A stretch of 64,000 nt of DNA from Anthoceros angustus (GCA_010909165.1 MU008185.1:779058-843057), one strand, 5' to 3'; counted from the stretch's first letter, positions 52,351 to 64,000 are shown. Notes: a model not told the origin generated them from the sequence alone. Numbers and translations: made by a program.

Positions 52351-53841
52351 GGTGGCGGTGGCTCTTCATCAACGGTTACAGCAATTCCTCTCTTATAGGA
52401 GAGAGCGTGAAGCATGCAACATTGCATCTTCTTCAAAGAGAAACTACTACTTACTTTTTACTTCTAAATTTTCACTTTTCTTCTTTATTTTACCAGTACC
52501 GTTATTCCATGGACAATGTCTGCGGTTCTGACCGAAAAACGGCATATCAAAAGTCACTCGAGCCTCGCGGCGACTTCACAGAACCGTTCCTCCTCGAGAG
52601 GAGACAAGGACACCGTGTCTGGCTACAGTTGTGACTTGTGAGCGGGATAAGGGCCCAGAATACCTGGCTCCCTTCCCACAGCATGGCTTGCATCAGCAGG
52701 CTCCAGTGGGCACCAGCACTACAGATGGGGCTAGCGCGCTCTGTTTAATCTCAAGTTTCACCATGGTCCCAGTACTTTCGTCTAGCATGATCCACATACT
52801 GCAAAAATTGTAACCAACAACCTAACAAAATCTAAATAGAACAAATGCCGTGAGCACACCTGCCGGGTCAGAAGATGGCTAATTAGTCAGCTTAGCAAGA
52901 TTCAAAATGACATAAAAACAGTGTCTAATCTACAAGGAAACTTACCAAGCAGGCAAGAGCAAAATGCACCAAAACGATGTCACGAGGCAAGTTTTACCAC
53001 TTAAAGTGGTGTCGAGATCAGCCATGAGAACGAGCGCTGAGAGTTATGAACAACAGGATACAGGGCCGGATGTCACTTACCTCACACTAAAGGAGCCCCA
53101 AGGCAGATACATCATCCTCATCAAGTGCCCAAAGCAGTAAGATAGTTCACAAATTACTGCACAGACAAACTCCCCCTCCTTGGCATAGCCCTCCGGATTT
53201 ACCAACACGGTAGTAGAACTATGACGGCAACACAGGTAGCAGCCTGCTTCCATCTCAGACGCCAGACGCCAAAAAAACAGCCGAATCCAGACAGACAAGG
53301 AGGTTCTGGTCCGGAAATTGAGTTCACTGAGTCCCCAAGGTCTTTGAAGTACACAAAACCCTCTTGGTATCGGTCAGTCTAGGTTCGAGATCTTCCACTA
53401 ACAACCTTGAGAAACATTCCCACCAGTCACAGAAGTCTTTGAAACAAAAATACCCAAGGAAGATTTGTGTGAGTCTTCTATCTTGCTCAAGAGAACACCA
53501 AGCATAAAGAATTCATACATATCCATCCCAGAATGCAAAAATGAAATGCTCCCTCCAAATACTCTTTCAGATCCCAGCCATTAGTTGTCCCTTCGAGCTA
53601 GTTCACGAATTATGATCTCATACACGTAGCCATTAGATTATCTATCGTCCAGAACAATAGAGTGCCATATCAGAGAGAGACCTGATGACTGAGCCTCCAC
53701 GTCCAAAATTGTGACAGTTTCACGAGGTCATTAGCAAACCAGCAGCTGCTGAAACTGGGAGTATAAACATTCACGAAGAAAACTCTAAAGATGTGCGGGC
53801 AGTGAAAACTGATCACCACATCAGACAAGCATGGAGCCTGC

Positions 53842-54108
53842 TCAGTATCGGTCATCATGAGAAGAACGGCTTCCTCCACCAGTCGTAGCACTTGGACGGT
53901 CATAGGGACCAGAGCGGTCCGGTGGCTTCCTCCCGGTACGAGGAAGGGGCCTCCACCACTGTAACGATCACTGCTTCCTCCACCACGGCCTCCTCCGTCT
54001 CCGGCTGAGCTTGAGCGGCCACCACCACCACTGCCATGGCGATCCCCACCATTGTGCCGATCTGAAGACCGCTCACTGCGTTCACTTCCACAGCGGCTGC
54101 CACCATAG
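53842..54108 (-). pseudogene. Orphan C-terminal exon of a glycine-rich RNA-binding protein (RZ-1-like)
   Basis: After correcting three homopolymer indels it reads YGGSRCGSERSERSSDRHNGGDRHGSGGGGRSS..SDRYSGGGPSSYRGGSHRDRSGPYDRPSATTGGGSRSSHDDRY*. The RDRSGPYDRP tail resembles RZ-1 proteins. No RRM or CCHC exons are visible in the window. Confidence 0.55.
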
Positions 54109-54219
54109 CTTCAAACCACAGCAGCACTGCCAAGTAAGGCTGATGCAATTCAAAGCAAAGGCAGGCAGACAGAAGTGCGTCCATCACACACACAAGAAGA
54201 AACAAAGCATGCACCGACC

Positions 54220-54672
54220 TCAATGCAAGTATCCAGGAATCTTGATCTTGATGAAGAGGATGCTCATGGTGTAGGAGATGGCGATCAAGGCAGCTCCGCC
54301 ACCAAAAACGTGATGCGAACGTTGCGAGCCCTGCCCTTGTCCGCACCAATGTTCACCATGATGAGCCCACGCCTCCCAGCACGAACATGAAGCCGGATGA
54401 CAGCCCCTCGATGATGTACTGCCCATTCACCCTGCCGGGAAGAAACACCAGCGGCCGGATGGCTCCGGTGACGGGATCCTGCCTGCTCCCGATCCCGGAG
54501 GCTCCACAATCACATCGTACACGAAGCCTGACACCACGAGGAAGTAGGTGAACAGAACGCCCACAAACACGGTGGTGGCAGACGGCGCCACCGAGGGAGC
54601 TCTCAGCCGCATCCGGGGCACTCGCAGCGCCCGGTACGGCAGCCGCAGCACCGCGTTCAGAGGATCCGCCAT
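54220..54672 (-). CDS. OSTC: Oligosaccharyltransferase subunit OSTC/DC2, intronless, three apparent -1 homopolymer frameshifts
   Basis: MADPLNAVLRLPYRALRVPRMRLRAPS..YFLVVSGFVYDVIVEPPG/IGSRQDPVTGAIRPLVFLPGRVNGQYIIEGLSSGFMFVLGGVG/LIMVNIGADK..ITF/GGAALIAISYTMSILFIKIKIPGYLH*. Adding one base near each of 54495, 54367 and 54305 restores a ~151-aa ORF. Confidence 0.9.
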
Positions 54673-54771
54673 CGCCACGAGCTCCGGGAGCAGCGCAGGG
54701 AAGGGAAGAAAACAGAGAACGGAGGTCTGTAGGTTTTCCCGTCACTTCCGTGCTGCTGGTTTCTTCACCAA

Positions 54772-56964
54772 ATGCCTGACAAGCCTACAGGTCCTCCGTG
54801 GAAGAGAGTGGTTGTGGGTGCCGGCTTCCGCAAATGGGTTGTGGCAGGGATGCAGCCCCGAGGTATCGGGTGGGGAGCGTGGGCGAAATGCCCACCACGC
54901 GGAAGGGATGGCAGGCTGCGGGTGCCGGCAGGTGTGGAAGATGGGACCAGGAGGTGGGGAAGATGATGCGGAGTCGGGAGGAGCGGTTTGCGGCGTTTGC
55001 GTCCATGGCCCGGCGGGACATCGAGCAGAGCACGATCAGGCCTGCTGCGGCGGGCGGGGATGGTGGGGTGGAGTGGGTTGCGACTCCCGGGGCCTTGGCC
55101 CAGATGCGGATGCTGATGGGAATGGAGGGCAGGGGACGGGCCCCTGGCCTGCTGGGAGGGCAGGAGATGGCAGGAGAGCTTTGAGGATGTGCAGGAGCAG
55201 TTGAGGGAGCAGATTTCTTTCATGCAGCAGTTGCGGGAGCCAGCAGGAGCAGGTAGTGTGAGCTTTGGAGTCTTGGGGTGATGGGGTTGTTGCAAGACCT
55301 GAATGTGTATGTGGTGTTTATGTTGGAATGTTGGGGAGGTGGTCGTTGCATGTGTGTGGCACGCATCTCAAGTGGCAGCATTTGTTGATGTGGATGTATC
55401 AGAAAAGCTTGCAGCAACAGTTACTGAGGCTTATCACGTATGGGATGATAGGTGGAGTACGTGATGGTGTAGCTGCCCCTGCCCAACGAGGTGTAAACAC
55501 CCAGACCCAGACCGAGTCTTCAGCCAAGCTTAGGTTGAAGGTGAAGGATGGTCCTGCTGTGGTGCAGGAGGTGGTTACCAACCCATCTGGGGACAACTCC
55601 TGCAAGGCAGTGATCACTTGGCTGGGAGTGGGAGACACCCCGGCACATTCGAAACAGTTGCAGACAGCCAAGGAATGCCATCTTTTGAAGTCTGTAGGTC
55701 CCGGGGAGGTACAGGGCAGGGAAGGAAGTACAGGATGTGCAACTCCGGACAGCGATGCTCCCACGGTTCTATCTGTTCCTGCTGCTCCACAGCCCACACC
55801 CGCCTTTGATCCCTCTGCCTATGTTATCCTCCCAGTGCGAAGACGTCGTCCTCTCGCTCCGTCAACAAGAGAACAGAGTAAGTATGACATATGCTCCCTT
55901 TTAGGTGTTACCACAATGGAGAGGATATGTTTGTTTGAGCATATGAAAAGAGACTGATGAAGCTCCATTCGGATGCGTTCTGATGGTTTGCAGGACGTCC
56001 ACAATCTGAAGGATTCAATAGCTTAACAAGGTTATCATTGGAGCTTATAGAACATGAATTTCTATTGCCACCTTTCTCGTTTTCCATGAGTTGGTTGGAC
56101 TACAGAGCTTTCTTCAAAGTGCTGGGTTGGTTGGCTTACTTGCAGAGACTCTGATCTGTTGGAGGAGAATGTGATCCCTCGAGAAGAGGTGATACTCATT
56201 TTCCTTTCAATCAAGTTGGCCTCTCTTGTTGATCTGAATTCACGATTCCAGATTGTCCTGTATCTGCAAATAGGATCGGTTCATGTACGAGGACCAAACG
56301 CCCTGCAAAACGTGAAGGACTGTGACGGCTCCGCAATTGGTAGAGCAACTTCAGGAGTACGTAAATGAAGTCAAGACCTTGTAAGTTCACTGAAACTGTT
56401 GTTTAAGCATCTAGTGGGTTGTTTAACTGGATTCTGGATGAGTTTGTCTTGTGTTTTTAGGAGAATGACATAAGGCGCCGGTGGCTTAACCCAGAGATGG
56501 ACAAATTGTTGAGCAGCAATAAGCAAACTGTTGAGTTTTCTGTTAGCAATCCTGACACACGATATTTTGATGCACCTTCAAATACTTTGTTCACAGCTTC
56601 CGATGGTGAGCATTTATTTTCATTAAAGAATATCTAAGCTTCAATCCTATGTTTATAATTTTTTTACATATTGGCAGTACAAATATTCAATTTACCGAAA
56701 TATGCGATAACTGAAGTCACTGAACATTGGAAGGTCACCACCTGGTACACTCCTGATTCCAATCTTTTCGAAGTGATGAATAAATTTGACAGGATCTCCA
56801 TTTCAGTTTAATAGTTTTTAATCAATTAGCTTTGATTTTATAGGTTAACTGAGATAATCTTAGACAGTGTATTGGAAGAAGTTGGAAAGGAGCTTCATTC
56901 ACAGTGTGATGAAATTGTGGAACATATTTGTCAATGCGAGTTTATAGTAGATGTCCTCAATTGA
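54772..56964 (+). CDS. Multi-exon gene of unknown function with a Moonraker/KIAA0753-like C-terminal motif (apparent indels; start uncertain)
   Basis: GT-AG exons: ..RRWQESFEDVQEQLREQISFMQQLRE..; ..VRRRRPLAPSTREQ; RPQSEGFNSLT; DSDLLEENVIPREE; DRFMYEDQ..TVTAPQLVEQLQEY; ENDIRRRWLNPEMDK..; VQIFNLPKYAITEVTEHWKVTT|WLTEIILDSVLEEVGKELHSQCDEIVEHICQCEFIVDVLN*. Confidence 0.65.
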
Positions 56965-58589
56965 ATTTGTGTCATTTTGAAACTACTACTCGGATGGGGT
57001 ACTACCCACTCTTGATTACTCAAAAATATTCTCTTGGCCCTTAGTGGCCTCCCCTCTGCATCCCCGTCTATGTCCTAGAACGGGGGAGATCTACCTCTGG
57101 GTATGATAAATTATTATCCAAAAATGGCTAAGAGCTTTCATCCCGTTTGTCTTAACGTCTTCTTCGGCGTGGCCAACTTTCATCCTCTCGTTTCTTGAAA
57201 CATTATGGCTGTAATTGGAGGAATCATGTTGCTTCTTGGGGATTGTATAAAGAACAATCTCGTACTCAAAATGCTCAAGCATGGACATGGAAAGTGCAAT
57301 TTGCTCAAATCACTTGGTTTATGGGCTTACCAGTGCCCCCTTGAGCATTAAATCTCTAGGCGATATGGATGGAGCAGCTTTAATACACATTCTTACCTAG
57401 GGTACCTTTAATGCTTCTCGCGAGGAGGCCGCGATGTGGGCAGAGGAGGAGGACGATCGTATATGGTTGCCCCTCCGCAGGGATTCCACCCTCGGCACCA
57501 TTTGCCTTTCGCATGGCATTTCTAACATTGTTCTTTGTGGGCACCAAGCAAGTTTTGTTAGAGATCGGTTATGTTGTGGACAAGTGATCCAAAACACAAG
57601 TACCATCATGTTAGAGGGCTCCATGCTTGTCTATGATGGAAAAAAATGGGTGAGTATAAATTGATGGGCAGGTATCGCAGCCAATGATAATGTGTGATCA
57701 CGAGATTGAGGTTCATGTAAAGCAGCTCAAAGATAGCACCTATGTGTTTCCAGAGACTTCTTATTTATTGAAGTTATCATAATTCTAGAATGAGATACCA
57801 GCAACAAACAATATTGCATCAATGGCATCCGAGCGGTCAAGAAAGATTTCATAGCTGTGGATGAACATTAACGCAGCCTTATATTCTATACAATCCAATA
57901 CACAATGTTGATAATAAATAAATTGTGTTAGGTGTGCAAACCCCAATTATGCAAGATATTATGCTATCTTGGGGGTACAAGTCCATAGTCTCAATGGACA
58001 TCACATTTGATTTCAACAAATGGTTTGTAAGTCATTGTGGTGCGACTTTTGTTGTGATCCGACGCAGTCCCATGTCGTTGTAGTAAGTGGTCCGTTCCCA
58101 AAGGGAATGATTGGTTCCGTTTTTGCGTCTCAACTTTGATTCTCGCCTCGTCATTAAGTGGCCGTTTCTACCACGATCTCAGCGCTCTCACGGTTTACTA
58201 TTACCTACTCTTAAGCATCCACGAAAGGCCCGGTGGCCAAGCGTTTGAGACTTCGTTCACGTCCGTATCCTACCGATCCGTCCCTCGTTTCATCTAGTCA
58301 AGTCTTCCTTACCACTCTCACTCGCTCATCACGGTTGGGGAAGAGTGGGTGGTTGCGTCGTCCGGACCTCCGTCGGCATTCCGCTTCTCCGGGCTCTACC
58401 GCCCTCGGAGTTCCACTTGGTCTCAGCGTTCGGTCCGTCGGCGTCGGCCACACCTTTCCGGAAGAGCAAGGGTGTCTGGTCGTTCGCCCCTGCACACACC
58501 ATCACACGTTCGGGTCCGTCACCAAGACCTTGATCAATCTCTCCGGAAATTGTCTTGCCTTTCGATGACTCGAGGACTCGCGTTAGCAG

Positions 58590-61500
58590 GACACACAAGG
58601 GTCTACAAGAGAACTTCGCTATCCACCCCAAAGAAAGATGCTTTACTGAGCGGCCTCCTGCCCTCTTATACTACGCCCAAAGGCGTCTTATTACACTCCT
58701 AATGCAGGTCCAACCTCGGTGTGCTAGCCTTCCGCCCACTATTCCCTTAGCCAGACCCTATCTAAGTCATCGGTGGTGAAATTTGAGTGCCCATGATTCC
58801 GCCCTGGTGGCCCAATCACGGTCACGAAAGTTGCGGGCGCCCAATCGGATGATCCGCGAGGTGGGGCCCTTCCCTTCCGAGACCACAGCCGAGCCATCGG
58901 CAGCGGCGACAACGCGGTGACCACCAAATCTGCTCCTCTCCCCTCTTAACTCCAGTGGGCCCTGCTGGGTCCACCTGGAGGTTGCTTTCCCGCCTAAGGT
59001 TGGTGGTGATCCCCCCTCCCGAGTCCGGTCCTCGGGGTCCGGCCAGGCCCGAGTCCGGACCTCGGTCGATCTCGTCTCGGAGGCGGACCTGGGTCGGTCC
59101 CCCGGACGGACCTCAGTCCGGTCTCGTCTCGGAGCCGGGACCGGGAGTCCTGCCGTCTCCCGAGAGAGCCGGACCTCGAGTCGGTCTCGTCTCGAGTCGG
59201 GACCTCGAGGTCGTCCGTCTCCTGTCCGGACCTCGGTGCGGTCTCGTCTCAGTCGGACCTGGGGTCCGATCTCCTGTCTCGAGTCGGACCTCGGGGTCGG
59301 TCTCGTTCTCGAGTCCGTGCCTCAGTCCGGACTTGCGGGTCCCTGAACTCCCTCACCGAGAACTCCCGGGGTCCGTCCTCGCCCACCCGGACCCCACATC
59401 TTGGTCTCGGGGTCCTCCTTCTCACGACCCTTGGGGCCCTCCTCCCTTTCTTCCACGGTGGTGGGGTGCAGCGGACTAACCTCATGTCGATGGTGTCCGC
59501 AGTATCCCACTCCTCACGATGCTCACCCTCTCGCTGCTTATCTCATCTCCGAGCAGCTCCCGGGGTCAGTGGCGGCACTATCCACTGGGCCTTCATCTGC
59601 CCCCTCCCCTCCGATCCTTGGGGTGGTCGGTCCTCAATCTCCCGGAGGTGAGACAGGACCTCCAGCCTTGAGGAGCTACGAGTGGTAGTAGGCAAAGTCT
59701 GAATCAACTTGTTGAATTGCCACCTCCACATGAGCAGACACACGGTACTCCCTCCTCCAAAGGTGCTCAGAGTAGTTGGGCGTCTTTGGTTGGCCCTGTG
59801 GGCCGTCTCCGCCCATAAGGCACCAATGGTCCAGTCTGGCGAAGTCTCTCAAGGCCGCCAAAAACCTCCTGCGAGCCCTCTCACTGCTCCGCGTGCTCCT
59901 CACTCCCAGCCGAAATCGGTAGTTCGAGCCAACTTCAGCGGCCATGGCGCAGCGTTCCCCATGCTTTCCGAGGAGGACCAGCAACAGCTCCTCTCGAGCC
60001 CTCTCTCCAACATCCATCCTTGCACGAGGGCCACCATCTCTCTTTCTAGCGGCGGCTCACTTGGCCTGGCTTCCTCCAAGTCCTTCTCTGGTTCGGCAAT
60101 GTGTCCTGCTCCTTGGCCCAGTCGAGTCTCCTCCGCCCTCCAGCAATTTGGAGTCGCTCTATCTCGGCGCTCGTGGTCATGATTCTCCCTTGGAGGAATT
60201 CCATTAGTTCACCGTTTCTTGGAGCTATAGCTCGGGGGTTTCCTGGGATCCTCCAGCTCTGGCGCCAGCTCCTCAGGTCACTTGCGGTGTGCCGGAGATC
60301 CTCCATCTCCAGTGCTGGCCTCCTCTCTTCTTCCACGGTTTGCAGTGTTTGCTCCACCGCCTTTGCTCGGCCTTGGTTGCGCGGCTACTCCATAAATCTC
60401 CCTCCACCGGTTCGGTCCCGCCCGATAGTGGTCTCACTGTCTTTTGCGCGGCCTCGGCCTCCGCGCCCCTTTCACTGAGCCTCGGGCTTGGTGTTGCTCT
60501 GCCGAGCCGCCTCGGCGGTCACCTTGGCCCCTTTCCCGCTGCCTGGGGCCTCCTGCCTCCCTCTTGGGCCACTTCCTCCGTGCACAGGTCCTCACGCCTT
60601 TGCTTGGGCCTCATGCACTTTGTTCCTGCACGGTGAGGACCACTGACCCGATCTTGTTGGCGGACCTGCGCCTCCGACTCCGCCCGCTCTGCGCTTCTCC
60701 TCCTCGATTCTCGAGGTTTCGCCTTCCTCTTGGCGCTTGGGCGGCCTTCCACTGTAACCACAGGCTCCATCATCCGTCTTGGTGGCCTCTACCTCACAGG
60801 TCTTCTCTCTGTAGTTCGCGAGAGGCCGAGGCTTACTCCGTCCATGGTGCGAGCACCCTCACGGTCTCTTTCACGGCCTTGGTGGGGAAACTCCGTGAAG
60901 TCCGCGCGGCCTCGGATGCCGCCCGTCCGTTAAGGACACCCACACCCCTTGATCCGGGGAGTGAGGACTAGGGACTCCCGGGACTCGGACCAATCGGGAC
61001 CCTCGGGTCTTGAGTGTTACAGTCGGGCTTCCACCTTGGCCGTCTTGGCGCTGGCTCCTTCTCCGCCCGCCTTCTCTTGGGGGCTCGGAGGTGGTGAGGG
61101 AGTCGGGAGGCTGGCTCTATTACCCCGGTTGGTATGTGAGGCAGGCTCGGGAGTGGGGTTCGCCACTTGTCCTCCATACAGGCGCATCCCTCTCAGCCCT
61201 CCTTCGGCCTCCTGCACTTCCTGCCACTCCCGTCGGCAAGGCGGGGGCCGGCGATTGAGTCTTTGCATTGGTGGAGGCTATCTTCCTCCTCTTTACCTCC
61301 CGCCTAGTCCGGCGGGGTTCGGCGGCTGGGGCCATTGTGGGTTGCTGGCTCGCTGGTGCCGCGACCACCAACTCCCTCCCTGTTGCAACCTCCTCCGGCG
61401 CAGGGTGCTTGGTGGAGGGACTAAAAGGAGGGAAGCGGGAATTTCTTCCCACACTTCCCGGGGTGGCGAGGGGGTCCGTTCCAGACGTATGGAGTCCGGA

Positions 61501-63430
61501 ATCCCCTCCCAATCCTCCTCTTCCAGGACTCGCCTGGCCTTGGAAGGGCGGCCCTCCGCCTCCGGCGCTCTCCTCTCGGGCTCCGGCTCAGGCAGGGCCA
61601 CCAGACCCTTCCGGATCGCCCGCTTTTCCTCTCCCTCCTTCAGGAGATTAAGTTGCCCCCACACATGGATGATGAACGGCGATAACGCCGATGGGGGCGG
61701 CTTCTCGCTCCACAGCTTCCTGGCCTCCTGGTTGATCCTTGCGAAGATGATTCTTCCCCAGTCGGCCCTCTTCCCTCTCTATAGGGCGTGGAGGAATACC
61801 AGCAAGTTGTCACCAAGGTGGTCCACCTTGGTGAGCATATTCCAGTGGACGATGATCTTCGCCACCGCCCTCACCCGCTGTCCGTGGTGGGCCACCACCC
61901 GTTTGAGGACGGCTGCGTCCCGACCTAGGCGCCCGCCCTTGCCACTTCCACCTTCCCCTTTACCTTAAGGGGCTCCGGGACCACGCCCCCAACTTCCTCC
62001 GCTGGGCGGTTGTAAACCGCCCTCAGGACCTCTACAGTCCATCTCCGGGGGTCCCCCCTTAGATTCTTGGAGCGGACCTCCTTGTTGGCCACTGCCAGCA
62101 TCTTTCGGGCGTATTCCCGGACCAAGGCAACGATGTCAAAAGTCCAGACAGCCTGGAAGATGTCCAGGTGCCAGTCCTCCACCAGCTCCTCCGCCTCCGC
62201 CAACCAGGGTCCGAAATCCGGGTAGCGTTTGGTGACGATGTTCCGCTCTACCAGGTGCCAGGGTTCCTAGACTTCCGCCGCCTTCTTGGGCCCCATTGCT
62301 GTGCGCCTTTCGGACTGCTGTTGTGGCTGGAGGATCAATAGTTCTCTTCTTCCCCTCCGCCGCGTCAACCGCTTCGGTCGCAAAAGAGAGCCCCTCGTAA
62401 TTGCACTCGGACGCTCGAAAAGACAAGGGTCTACAAGAGAACTCGGTATGCACTCCAAAAGAAAGATGCTTTACTAGAGCACCTCCTCTAATGCCCAAAG
62501 GCGGCATCTTTATTGCACTCCTATTATGGTGATGTCCATTTCGCTGTGCTAATAGCCTCCTGCCCACCATCCTTAGCCACCCATCTATCGTCGGCGTGGA
62601 GTGCCCATGATTCCGCCCGGGCTGGGTGGCCCAATCACTGGTCTGGCGAAGGGCGCCACGCCTAATCGGATGATCCGCGAGGCGGGCCCTTCCCTTCGAG
62701 ACCGCCGTTGAGCTACAGGCGGCCTTACAACCGTGCGGATCCAGTCCGGGCGTGGAGTTGGGCGCCTATTTCCTCTTCCGCGCCTTCCGTAGTCCGGGGC
62801 TCGGCGGTCCGGCAGACTGCTATCGGGCCGGGCGCCACCGTACCCGACTCCATTCCAGTTCGCGGCCATCGGGAATCTTGCTCGCTGGGGAAGCGGGAAT
62901 TTCCCATACTTCCCTTGGTGGGAGGGGGTCCGAGACGAATGGCAACCGGATGCCCTCCCAGTCCTCTTCTTCTCTGGCACCTCGCGCCTTGATCGGCAGC
63001 CTGCCCTGGTCACATGCCTTCCCTCCCTCGCTCCCGTCTCAGGTGGGTAGCCAGCCCTTCTGAGGAGGCTCGTTCCTCCTCTCCCTCGTTCAGGAGATTG
63101 AGGTGTTCCTATACGTACATGCACGATGAAAGGATGGCGACGGGAGGCCTCCTCACGGCATGCCTTTCGCGCCTCTGAGCTATCCCAAGACACCCGCCTA
63201 ATCACATCTTGCCCTCCTCTGGAGGGAGGCAGAAGACCCAGCAGTTATCTCCCTAGGTGGTCCATCTTGGTGAGCATGTTCCAGTGGACGATGATCTTCG
63301 CCACTGCCCTCACCCGTCGATCCAATAGGTCCAACATCAGCTAGCCGTTGGAGGACCTCTGCGTCCCGGGCTTCAACAACGCCACCTTGGCCGCTTCCAC
63401 CCTTCCCTAGCCTTCACCTTTAGGGGCTCC
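58590..63430 (-). mobile_element. Gypsy-type retroelement accessory ORF region, partially duplicated
   Basis: Frameshifted minus-strand reading: WHLDIFQAVWTFDIVALVREYAR..AKIIVHWNMLTKVDHLG..GKRADWGRIIFAKIN.., then a coiled-coil and an R/D/S/P-rich repeat (58990-59400). The leader caagggtctacaagagaac..aaagaaagatgctttact occurs at ~58597 and ~62425; 62780-63420 repeats 61300-61970. Confidence 0.6.
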
Positions 63431-63802
63431 GGCACTATAGTTAGAGTTGCATGCGGAAGCGTCTTGAGCAAACATGCTATATTAACAATGAATCAAGTGT
63501 GTTCATAGGTGGGTTTTTATAGGTGGTCTCGTAAGGGGTGTGTCCTTTCGCTAGCCTAGCTAACTACCTATATTAACTACTAGGTCTAGCTGACTAACCA
63601 TATTGGTACAGAACCAACGTGGTCTGCTATTGTTTCTGACTCTCCCTCTCAGACACGTTGCCGTTCTGAGAGCTCCAAACTAAGAAAAGGAGATCACTAC
63701 TAAAAGAAACTGCCACTGAAGGCTACCATCTTCGGCTCTGCTGTCACGCAGGAGCTATTGGTACACACGAAGTAATGAGGCACATAACACGAGGCCGGCG
63801 CA

Positions 63803-64000
63803 AATGGTTGGCCTGGCCATCGACCAGGGGCCGTTCGGCACCCGCGGTTCTCGGCTGAACGTCGAGGGCCGCGGGTCTGGCGGATTCAGAGCCTGATGAA
63901 GGGCGACTCCCCGTTCGGCGAGTTGCACACCCTCGAAGTGACCGGGAGCGCGAAGGCGGTGAAGCTGACGGTGGACGGCAAGGCGGCCGGCGACCGCCCG
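63803..64000 (+). other. Bacterial-looking GC3-rich coding fragment running off the window
   Basis: MVGLAIDQGPFGTRGSRLNVEGR/VWRIQSLMKGDSPFGELHTLEVTGSAKAVKLTVDGKAAGDRP, one frameshift, nearly all codons ending in G or C, unlike the flanking DNA. Confidence 0.45.

Noticed and set aside
53040-53900. Box C/D-like motifs (tgatga..ctga) suggesting intronic snoRNAs
   Set aside because: Spacing too short or no terminal stem, and no identifiable rRNA antisense element.
57090-57950. Possible transposase remnant (HFPCPC, KNNVRNAMRK)
   Set aside because: Too fragmented to assign a family or boundaries.
63695-63710. cactactaaaagaaac resembling a CACTA terminus
   Set aside because: No partner TIR or subterminal repeats seen, and it lies in apparently low-quality sequence.

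Overview
Plant nuclear DNA with short introns (mostly 60-110 nt), most consistent with a seed-free land plant (bryophyte or lycophyte); the taxon is an inference. From 1.9 to 26 kb the window is gene-dense and reads cleanly when spliced by hand: TWD40-2 (TPLATE complex), a DTX/MATE transporter, an unusual signal peptide-EGF-ectodomain-TM-GLD-RING-H2 E3 ligase, a DUF819 membrane protein and a PLP3/TXNDC9 phosducin-like gene. A CRE-type non-LTR retrotransposon remnant lies at the left edge. From 26 to 52 kb it is repeats: solo-LTR-like pieces, an unclassified ~9 kb element built of nested tandem repeats, and three degenerate Ty1/copia elements. From 52.4 to 57 kb there is a second gene island: an orphan RZ-1-like Gly/Arg-rich exon just downstream of OSTC, OSTC itself, and a divergent gene ending in a Moonraker/KIAA0753-like motif. 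All three carry 1-bp homopolymer indels, which points to long-read consensus errors. From 58 to 63.4 kb there is a duplicated Gypsy-type accessory ORF. The last ~200 bp look bacterial. All family assignments come from motif recognition; no database searches were run.
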